The notes under the pieces are model-generated. The model was not told the DNA's origin. It searched no databases and worked only from the letters and a program-made list of their open reading frames with translations. Position numbers and translations under genes: made by a program. Shown here piece by piece: positions 9,707 through 18,380 of a stretch of DNA of 64,000 nucleotides. This DNA comes from Acidobacteriota bacterium (lineage in GTDB: Bacteria > Acidobacteriota > Vicinamibacteria > Vicinamibacterales > CAVVIG01): assembly GCA_025358945.1 (NCBI GenBank), contig JANYHS010000147.1, forward strand, positions 3,868-67,867, read 5' to 3'. Position 1 is the first letter of the stretch, and every line of letters begins with the position of its first letter.

Positions 9707-11364
9707 ATGCACGAAACCGGATTGCGGCGCACCGTCGCGTGGCTGATCGCCATTCGCGCGATCATCAGCGCCATTTTGCTCGGCTCGGCGACCGTCATGC
9801 AGGTCACTGCGCCGGGTTCGTTTGCCGTCGACCCTTTCTTCTTCCTGATCGGCCTGACCTTTGCGCTGACGTTTGTCTACGCGCTGGCGCTGCGCTACGT
9901 TGAGCGGCATCGCTGGATCGTCGACGTGCAACTGGCCGGCGACGCACTGCTGGTCTCGTCGTTCATCTATTTCACCGGCGGGATCACCAGCTATTTCACG
10001 TCGCTCTACGTGCTGCCCATTATCGCGGCGAGCACGATTCAGTTCCGTCGCGGCGGCCTGCTGGTGGCGACACTCAGCACCGTGCTGTACGGCGGCCTGG
10101 TGGTCGCGCAGTATCTGGCCGCGTCCGGGCTTCGCCCCGATCCGTGGCTCATGGCCTACGTGCAGACGCTCCCGGCCGGGTCGGTGGCGCGGTACACCGT
10201 CTCGATCAACGTTCTGGGCTTCTTTGCCGTCGCGCTGCTCAGCGGATCGCTGGCCAACAGCCTGCGGTCGGCCGGCGCGCGGCTGGAACAGGCGTCCACC
10301 GAGATTGCGGATCTTCAGGCGCTGAACCAGCACGTCATCGACAGCCTGCCGAGCGGGCTGGCCACCACCGATCGGTCGCAGCGGATCCTCACCTTCAATC
10401 GCGGCGCCGAGGCGATTACCGGCGTCAGCTGTCAGGCCGCGGTTGGCCGAAGGATCGACGATGTGCTGCAACTGCCGCCGCCGGTGATGGAATCAATCCA
10501 GCGCGACCTGCGCTCGAAAGGCGCGCGGCGTCACGAGTTCCGGTATCGCGCGTCGAACGATCGCACCGAGAAGGAAATCGGCCTCACCGCCACGCATCTC
10601 GAGACGCCGGGCGGCCGCGTCGGCCTGCTGTTCACGTTTCAGGATGTGACGGCGATCAAGAAGCTGGAGCGTGACGCGGCGATTCAGCAGCGGCTCGCCG
10701 CCGTCGGCGAGATGGCCGCGGGCATTGCGCACGAGATCCGGAACCCGCTGGCGTCCATGTCCGGGTCGATTCAGATTCTGCGGCAGGAGCTGCCGCTCAG
10801 CAGCGAGCAGGAACAGTTGATGGATATTGTGCTGCGGGAGTCGGAACGGCTGAACACGACCATTCGATCGTTTCTCGCCTACGCGCGGCCGCAGCGGTTT
10901 CAGATCGCGCGGTTCGACGTGCGCCGCGCGCTCAACGACACCGCGCTCCTCCTGCGTAACAGCGCCGAGGTGCTCGAGGGACACGAGATTACCGTCGACG
11001 TACCCGCCACCGAGTTGTGGTACGAAGCCGACGAGGGGCAGATCAAGCAGATCGTCTGGAACCTCGCGACCAACGGCCTGCGCGCGATGTCCACCGGCGG
11101 CCGGCTCCACCTGTCCGGAGCCCACGAGCCGTCTTCCGACGGCGTGGTGCTGAGTGTTCGCGACGAAGGCATCGGGATTCCGCCCGAGGAACTCGATGGG
11201 CTGTTCCAGCCGTTCCACGGGACGTTTGCCAAGGGCAGCGGCCTCGGGCTGGCCATCGTGCATCGCATCGTCAGCGACTACAGCGGCGAGATCCAGGTCA
11301 GCTCGCAACCCAACGCTGGCACCACCGTCTCCGTGCGCCTGCCGGCGCGCGCGGCGGTGGCCTC

Positions 11365-11368
<4 letters not shown>
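9707..11368 (+). CDS. pilS: PilS-like sensor histidine kinase
   Basis: Six N-terminal TM helices, a PAS domain, the H-box AAGIAHEIRNPL and an HATPase domain (GSGLGLAIV). Sits between pilC and pilR. Confidence 0.8.
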
Positions 11369-12780
<1,412 letters not shown>

Positions 12781-12800
12781 CATCGTTCGGCGCCGGCGAG

Positions 12801-12835
12801 CCGACAAAATTTGTCAACCCGCCACGTTTTGTCGG
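12801..12835. promoter_or_regulatory. candidate enhancer (UAS) for PilR upstream of pilA
   Basis: Perfect 9-bp inverted repeat CCGACAAAA (12801-12809) / TTTTGTCGG (12827-12835). It encloses the palindrome GACAAA-A-TTTGTC (12803-12815) and lies about 80-110 bp upstream of the sigma54 promoter. Confidence 0.45.
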
Positions 12836-12912
12836 TGCCATCGAGTCATACGTTCTGAGATAAGAGACTTTTTTACAGTGACTTACAGTGATGTTCGGCC
12901 CCTGATGAGCCA

Positions 12913-12927
12913 TGGCACTTCAGTTGC
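12913..12927 (+). promoter_or_regulatory. sigma54 (-24/-12) promoter of pilA
   Basis: TGGCAC-ttcag-TTGC is an exact match to the TGGCAC-N5-TTGC consensus. It lies 78 nt upstream of the pilA ATG, downstream of the gene for a sigma54 activator. Confidence 0.8.
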
Positions 12928-13004
12928 TATATCGAATGGTACAGCCGGCCGATAAGAGCAGCAACCGCGTTTGGTCGCCGGATTCATCTGAAGGAGAGCG
13001 CGCA

Positions 13005-13544
13005 ATGAAGAGTCGCATCGCAAAAGGTTTCACACTCATCGAACTGCTGATCGTCGTGGCCATCATCGGCATCATCGCGGCGATCGCCGTACCCGGTCTG
13101 CTCCGCGCCCGCATGTCGGGTAACGAAGCGTCGGCCATCGGTTCGCTGCGCGCCATCAACAGCGGCCAGGCGAGCTTCTCGTCCAGCTGCGCCCAGGGCG
13201 GCTACGCCATCAAGTTGGAAGACCTCGTGACCGCGCCCACGGGTAGCAGCCAGGGCTTCATCAGCCCCGACCTGAAGTCGAACGGCGTGACCAAGAGTGG
13301 CTACGTCGTCACGATCGCGAAGGACGCCAGCACGGGTGTGACGGACATCGGCACGACGACCGTGTGCAACGGCGCCGTCGCGCAGCCGGCCAGCTCCTAC
13401 TTCGGAACGGCCGACCCGCTGACAGCCGGCGGCACGGGCACACGCTACTTCGCGACCGACACGCGCGGCACGATCTGGAGCTCGACGGCGGCGGTCGTGG
13501 CCAACCCGATTGTGGCGTCGGCCACCGTCACGCCGGTTCAGTAA
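13005..13544 (+). CDS. pilA: type IVa major pilin PilA (prepilin)
   Basis: MKSRIAKG/FTLIELLIVVAIIGIIAAIAVPG: class III leader, Phe+1, Glu+5. GAAGGAG Shine-Dalgarno upstream. Two Cys in the C-terminal half. Start trimmed to ATG 13005. Confidence 0.95.
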   Translation: MKSRIAKGFTLIELLIVVAIIGIIAAIAVPGLLRARMSGNEASAIGSLRAINSGQASFSSSCAQGGYAIKLEDLVTAPTGSSQGFISPDLKSNGVTKSGYVVTIAKDASTGVTDIGTTTVCNGAVAQPASSYFGTADPLTAGGTGTRYFATDTRGTIWSSTAAVVANPIVASATVTPVQ

Positions 13545-13563
13545 CAGGACCGAGGCAAGACGT

Positions 13564-13627
13564 GGCGAGTTGGTGATTTGGCGGGTTGGTGACTACACTC
13601 ACCAGGTCACCAGCTCGCTGACTCGCC
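13564..13627 (+). terminator. nested stem-loop downstream of pilA (possible terminator/attenuator, no U-tract)
   Basis: Outer pair GGCGAGT (13564-70) / ACTCGCC (13621-27). Middle pair TGGTGA (13571-76) / TCACCA (13607-12). Inner pair TGGTGA (13587-92) / TCACCA (13599-604) with a 6-nt loop. Confidence 0.4.
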
Positions 13628-13637
13628 AATTTCCATT

Positions 13638-14846
13638 ATGAGTAGACGCGCGGCCATCTTCTCGCTCATCTGCGCGCTCGTTGGCCTCGGCGCATCCGCG
13701 GCCGCCGCCTACACCCATTACCACCTGCTGTACGACCCCGCCTACCGAAGCTTCTGCGACGTCAACGAGACGATCAGCTGCACGCAGGTGTATCTCAGCC
13801 GGTTCAGCACGGTTCGTGGCATTCCCGTGGCGCTCTTTGGCGGGATGGCGTTTGTCGTGGCGGCGCTGCTCGCGATGAGCGGCATGACCGCGCGTCAGGA
13901 GGTGCGGGAGAGCATCCCCGGGTATCTCTTCGTGCTGTCCACGCTCTCGCTCGCGGTGATTCTGTATCTGGGCTACGCGTCGTTCGTGTTGTTGAAAGCC
14001 GTGTGTCTGTTGTGTCTGACCACCTATGCCGCGGTGATCGGGCTCTTCCTCGTGTCTGGTGCGGCGACGTCTTTTCCTATGACTACACTTCCTCGCCGCG
14101 CCTCTCGTGACGTCCGCGCGCTTGTCGGCAGCCCGCTGGCCATTATCGTCGCCGTGTTGTTCTTCGCCGGCGCCGCGACCACCCTCGCCTGGTTTCCGCG
14201 AGAAGCGGTGGCCACGCCCGGCGATCCATCGGGCCAGGCTGCCGCGCCCGTCCCGACGCAGGATCAAACATCGGAGTTTCAGCGATGGTACGTCTCGCAG
14301 CCGCGCGTGCCGCTCATCGTCCCGCCCGATGGCGCCAAGGTGCTGGTCGTCAAGTTCAACGACTTCCAGTGTCCGGCCTGCGGCCAGTCGTACCTGCAAT
14401 ACAAGCCGATCTTCGCGAAGTTCGAGGCCGAGCATCCGGGGCAGGTGAAGCTGGTGCTGAAGGATTACCCGCTCAACCGCGATTGCAACGAGGCGCTCGG
14501 GCAGACGATTCATTCGGCGGCCTGCGAAGCGGCAGTCGCGGTGCGGCTCGCCCAAGCCCACAACAAGACCGAAGCGATGGAGGAGTGGCTCTACACGCAC
14601 CAGCCGGCGATGACGCCGCCGTCCGTGCGCCAGGCGGCGCGCGACATCGGACAGGTCGCCGACTTCGATGCCAAATACCAGACCACGCTGAGCCTGGTGA
14701 AGGGCGACGTGGCCCTCGGCCGCCAGCTCGGCATCAAGTCCACGCCGACGTTTTTCATCAACGGCGTGAAGGTCGAGGGCGCGCTGCCGCCACAGTACTT
14801 CGAGCAGGCGATCGCCTACGAACTCCAACGCGCCACTTCAAAATGA
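13638..14846 (+). CDS. vitamin K epoxide reductase (VKOR) family protein fused to a DsbA-like thioredoxin domain
   Basis: N-terminal 4-5 TM domain with loop cysteines (SFCDVNETISC) and a membrane CLLC motif. The C-terminal periplasmic domain carries FNDFQCPACGQ (CXXC). Confidence 0.8.
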   Translation: MSRRAAIFSLICALVGLGASAAAAYTHYHLLYDPAYRSFCDVNETISCTQVYLSRFSTVRGIPVALFGGMAFVVAALLAMSGMTARQEVRESIPGYLFVLSTLSLAVILYLGYASFVLLKAVCLLCLTTYAAVIGLFLVSGAATSFPMTTLPRRASRDVRALVGSPLAIIVAVLFFAGAATTLAWFPREAVATPGDPSGQAAAPVPTQDQTSEFQRWYVSQPRVPLIVPPDGAKVLVVKFNDFQCPACGQSYLQYKPIFAKFEAEHPGQVKLVLKDYPLNRDCNEALGQTIHSAACEAAVAVRLAQAHNKTEAMEEWLYTHQPAMTPPSVRQAARDIGQVADFDAKYQTTLSLVKGDVALGRQLGIKSTPTFFINGVKVEGALPPQYFEQAIAYELQRATSK

Positions 14847-14847
14847 C

Positions 14848-15828
14848 GTGCCAGCCCTTGCCACTCACGAGCTGACAAAGGACTACGCGGTCGGATTCTG
14901 GCGCAAGCGCCCGTACCGCGCGCTCGATTGCCTGACGCTCGAGGTCGAGGCGGGCGAGGTGTTCGGGTTTCTCGGACCGAACGGCGCCGGCAAGACCACC
15001 ACGCTGAAGCTGCTGATGCAGCTCGTGTTCCCGACCGGTGGCTCCGCGCAAATCCTCGGGCGGCCGCTCGGCGATCTCTCGGTGAAGCGGCGTATCGGCT
15101 ACCTGCCGGAAAACCCGTACTTTTACGACTACCTCACCGCGGAGGAGTTGCTCGGGTACTTCGCAAGCCTCTTCGGGATCCGCGGCGCCGAACGGACCGC
15201 GCGCGTCGGCCGTCTGCTTGACGAGGTCGGCATCGACGCCGAACGCCGCCTCCAGCTGCGCAAGTTCTCCAAAGGCATGCTGCAGCGCGTCGGCATCGCG
15301 CAAGCGCTGATCAACAACCCCGAGCTCGTGATCTTCGATGAACCGATGTCGGGGCTCGACCCACTCGGGCGCCGGGACGTGCGCGCGCTGATTCTCCGCC
15401 TCCGCGACGCCGGGTCGACAGTCTTCTTCAGCTCCCACGTGCTGAGCGATGCGGAAGCGCTGTGCAATCGCGTGGCGATTCTCGCCAAGGGCCGTCTCGT
15501 CGCGTCCGGCCGCCTCACCGACATGCTGGCCTTGCATGCGCACGGCTGGGAAGTGGTCGTGGCCGGCGCCAGCGAAGCGCTGATTGCCTCGATCACGCCG
15601 CGGATCAAGAGCGCGGTCCGGATCAGCCAGGGGCGCTACACCCTGGAATTGCCGCTCGACCCGCCGCCGGAACACCTGCTGGCGGAGCTGACCGCAGGTG
15701 GCGCGCACCTGACGGCGCTCAATCCGCTTCGTGAAACCCTGGAAGACGTGTTCGTGGAAAGCGTGACCACCGCCGACGTGCTGTCGACGCGCCGCGGGCT
15801 CGAAGACACGGACAGGCGCGCGTCGTGA
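14848..15828 (+). CDS. ABC transporter ATP-binding protein (position analogous to M. xanthus PilH)
   Basis: Walker A GPNGAGKTT, signature FSKGMLQRV and Walker B VIFDEP. Starts 1 nt after the VKOR-DsbA stop. Confidence 0.9.
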   Translation: MPALATHELTKDYAVGFWRKRPYRALDCLTLEVEAGEVFGFLGPNGAGKTTTLKLLMQLVFPTGGSAQILGRPLGDLSVKRRIGYLPENPYFYDYLTAEELLGYFASLFGIRGAERTARVGRLLDEVGIDAERRLQLRKFSKGMLQRVGIAQALINNPELVIFDEPMSGLDPLGRRDVRALILRLRDAGSTVFFSSHVLSDAEALCNRVAILAKGRLVASGRLTDMLALHAHGWEVVVAGASEALIASITPRIKSAVRISQGRYTLELPLDPPPEHLLAELTAGGAHLTALNPLRETLEDVFVESVTTADVLSTRRGLEDTDRRAS

Positions 15829-16631
15829 GAGTCACCCGCGCCATCGCCATCAACGTGTTCCGCGAATCGGTGCGCGACAAGGTGCTCTACAACCTCGTGC
15901 TGTTCGCGATGCTGCTCACCGCTTCGTCGTATCTGATCGGCCAGCTGACGGCGGGGCAGGACGTCAAGATCATCAAGGACCTCGGGCTGTCGGCGACGTC
16001 GATCTTCGGGCTGTTCATCGCCGTCTTCATCGGCATCGGCCTGGTGTCGAAGGAGGTCGAGCGCCGCAGCATCTATGCGCTGCTGGCCAAGCCGATCACC
16101 CGCGCCCAGCTCGTTGTCGGCAAGTTCCTCGGACTGGTGTTGACGCTCGCGGTCAACATCAGCGTCATGGCGCTGGCCCTCTACCTGGTGCTCGCCTACA
16201 TGTCGTGGGGTGTCGCGCCAGAGGTCCGCAGCGTATGGGACGCGCCGGCGCTCGATCCGGCTCTGCTGAAAGTGGTGTTCCTGATTCTGGTCGAGCTGAC
16301 GCTGGTGACGTCGGTCGCGCTGTTCTTCTCGACGTTCTCGTCGCCGATGCTGTCCGCCGCGCTCACCTTCGGCCTCTATATCGTCGGTCACTTCAGCGGC
16401 GACCTGAAGAATTTTCAGCAGGTGGTCGACTCGCCTGCCGCCGCGCGCGTCGCGCGCGGGTTGTACTGGGTGCTCCCGAACCTGTCGCAATTCGACATCA
16501 AGAGTGACGTCGTGCACGGCGTGCCCGTGCCGATGGGCTACGTGGTGATGACCACCGGCTACGCCGCGTTGTACATCGCCATCCTGCTGTCGATCTCGGC
16601 GCTGGTCTTTTCCCGGCGCGACTTCAAGTAA
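15825..16631 (+). CDS. ABC-2 type transporter permease (position analogous to M. xanthus PilI)
   Basis: 268 aa with six TM helices. GTGA overlap with the ATPase gene. Confidence 0.75.
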   Translation: MRVTRAIAINVFRESVRDKVLYNLVLFAMLLTASSYLIGQLTAGQDVKIIKDLGLSATSIFGLFIAVFIGIGLVSKEVERRSIYALLAKPITRAQLVVGKFLGLVLTLAVNISVMALALYLVLAYMSWGVAPEVRSVWDAPALDPALLKVVFLILVELTLVTSVALFFSTFSSPMLSAALTFGLYIVGHFSGDLKNFQQVVDSPAAARVARGLYWVLPNLSQFDIKSDVVHGVPVPMGYVVMTTGYAALYIAILLSISALVFSRRDFK

Positions 16632-16632
16632 C

Positions 16633-17604
16633 GTGACCGCCCGATCCCCGGCCGCCCTCGTCTCCACGGTCGCGCTCGTCGCGGTACTGCTGGCTGCCGC
16701 CGTCCAGGTGCAGGCGGCGCGCGAACGCATCTATCCGGCGAGCGACGACACCGAAGAGTCGCTGTACCTGCGATCGGGTTTCGCGCTGCGCCGGCTGACC
16801 GGTGCGTACAACGCGCTGTTTGCCGACGTCTACTGGATCCGGACGATCCAGTACTACGGCGGCACCAAGCAGAAGCTCGACAAGGGCGTCGCGCTCCATC
16901 TCTCGGCGCCGCCGCCGCTCCTCGCAGAAACCGCCGCACCGGCGTCCGGCTACCCGTTGCTGTACCCGCTCCTCGACATCACGACGACGCTTGATCCGCG
17001 CTTCAACATTGCGTACCGGTTCGGCTCCGTCTATCTCGCCGAGCCGTATCCCCGAGGCGCGGGCCGGCCGGACCAGGCGATCGCCCTGCTGCTGAAAGGC
17101 CTGAACGAGCGGCCCGACAAATGGGAATACATGCAGGACATCGGGTTCGTCCACTACTGGTTCCGTCACGATTTCATCGCGGCCGCCGAATGGTTCAAGA
17201 AAGCGGGCGATGTTCCGAATGCGCCGTGGTGGTTGAAATCGCTCGCCGCGACCACGCTGGCGCAGGGCGGCGATCGCCGATCGTCCCGCGCGATGTGGGT
17301 TGGCATCCTGCAGTCGGCGGAATTGGACTGGCTGCGCAAGGACGCGCAGCGCCGGCTGGTTCAGTTGCAGGCGCTCGATATCATTGACGGGCTGCAGCGT
17401 GCGTGCGACGACTACGCCGCGCGCACGGGTGAGAAACCGGACTGGCAGGCGCTCGTGCGGGCGCGCGTGCTGCGCGGCATTCCACTCGATCCCACAGGCG
17501 CGAGGTTCGTGCTGACGCCGGACGGTCGGGTGCAGCTGTCACCGTCATCCGTGCTCTGGCCGCCGCCCGAGGAGCCCGGCGGCGTGGCGCACCCGCCGTC
17601 ATGA
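16633..17604 (+). CDS. membrane-anchored/secreted helical-repeat (TPR-like) protein, function unknown
   Basis: 323 aa with an N-terminal hydrophobic segment (ALVSTVALVAVLLAAAV). The remainder is predicted alpha-helical repeat. Coding-type GC3. Coupled on both sides (1-nt gap upstream, ATGA overlap with pilD). Confidence 0.5.
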   Translation: MTARSPAALVSTVALVAVLLAAAVQVQAARERIYPASDDTEESLYLRSGFALRRLTGAYNALFADVYWIRTIQYYGGTKQKLDKGVALHLSAPPPLLAETAAPASGYPLLYPLLDITTTLDPRFNIAYRFGSVYLAEPYPRGAGRPDQAIALLLKGLNERPDKWEYMQDIGFVHYWFRHDFIAAAEWFKKAGDVPNAPWWLKSLAATTLAQGGDRRSSRAMWVGILQSAELDWLRKDAQRRLVQLQALDIIDGLQRACDDYAARTGEKPDWQALVRARVLRGIPLDPTGARFVLTPDGRVQLSPSSVLWPPPEEPGGVAHPPS

Positions 17605-18380
17605 TCGATACGCTGCCGCCCTGGTTCGGCCTGATCGCTGCCGGCGCATTCGGCGCGTTGATCGGCAGCTTCCTCAACGTCTGCATCCATCGCCTGCCGA
17701 TCGGGTCGTCCATCGTGTGGCCCTCGTCGGCCTGTCCGTATTGCCAGCGCGAGCTGTCGTGGTACGAGAACATCCCGGTCGTCAGCTGGGTGCTGCTTCG
17801 AGCGAAGTGCCGGACGTGCCGCGCGCCGATCAGCATCCGCTACCCGTTGGTGGAAGCGCTGACGTCCGCCTTGTTCGTGTTCGCGTGGTGGTCCTACGGA
17901 CCCGCACCGCTGCTCGCGTCGCGTCTCGTCTTCGGCGGCATGTTGATCGTCCTGTTTGCGATCGACCTCGAGCATCAGAAGCTGCCCTTCGCGGTCACGC
18001 TGCCCGGCATCGTCGTGGGCTTCGGCTTCAGTCTGTTCGCGGAGCCCGGCTGGATGGCGTCGCTCATCGGCATTATCGGGGGCGGCGGACTGCTGTATCT
18101 CGTGGCGGAGATCTATTACCGTGTCCGGCACGAAGACGGGCTCGGCGGAGGCGATCCCCCGATGCTCGCGATGATCGGCGCGTTTCTCGGCTGGAAGCTG
18201 ACGTTCGTGACGCTGATGCTCGCGTCCCTGACCGGCACGGTGGTCGGCGTCTCGCTGATTGCCGCCAGGCGAGGCACGATGAAATACGCGCTGCCGTTCG
18301 GGTGCTTCCTCGCGGTCGGGGCGGTGATTGCGGCTGTGGCCGGCCCCGCGCTCCTCGACTGGTATCTGGGTTTCTTCTGA
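17601..18380 (+). CDS. pilD: prepilin peptidase / N-methyltransferase PilD (A24 family)
   Basis: Contains GSFLNVCIHRLP, the CPYC...CRTC zinc-ribbon motifs, two catalytic Asp regions (FAIDLEHQKLP; GGGDPPMLAMIGAFLGW) and multiple TM helices. Confidence 0.95.
   Translation: MIDTLPPWFGLIAAGAFGALIGSFLNVCIHRLPIGSSIVWPSSACPYCQRELSWYENIPVVSWVLLRAKCRTCRAPISIRYPLVEALTSALFVFAWWSYGPAPLLASRLVFGGMLIVLFAIDLEHQKLPFAVTLPGIVVGFGFSLFAEPGWMASLIGIIGGGGLLYLVAEIYYRVRHEDGLGGGDPPMLAMIGAFLGWKLTFVTLMLASLTGTVVGVSLIAARRGTMKYALPFGCFLAVGAVIAAVAGPALLDWYLGFF

Noticed and set aside
6778-9807. 1009-aa ORF on the minus strand spanning pilB/pilT/pilC
   Set aside because: It is antisense to three genes with unmistakable family motifs. 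Its translation is Arg/Asp/His/Gly-rich low complexity with no motif. This is the typical long stop-free antisense frame of a GC-rich genome.
17717-18379. Upstream 221-codon extension of the sulfatase-family ORF (the ORF track gives 1054 aa)
   Set aside because: The extension lies out of frame across pilD, which is strongly supported. The ATG at 18380, overlapping the pilD stop, gives a sensible membrane N-terminus.
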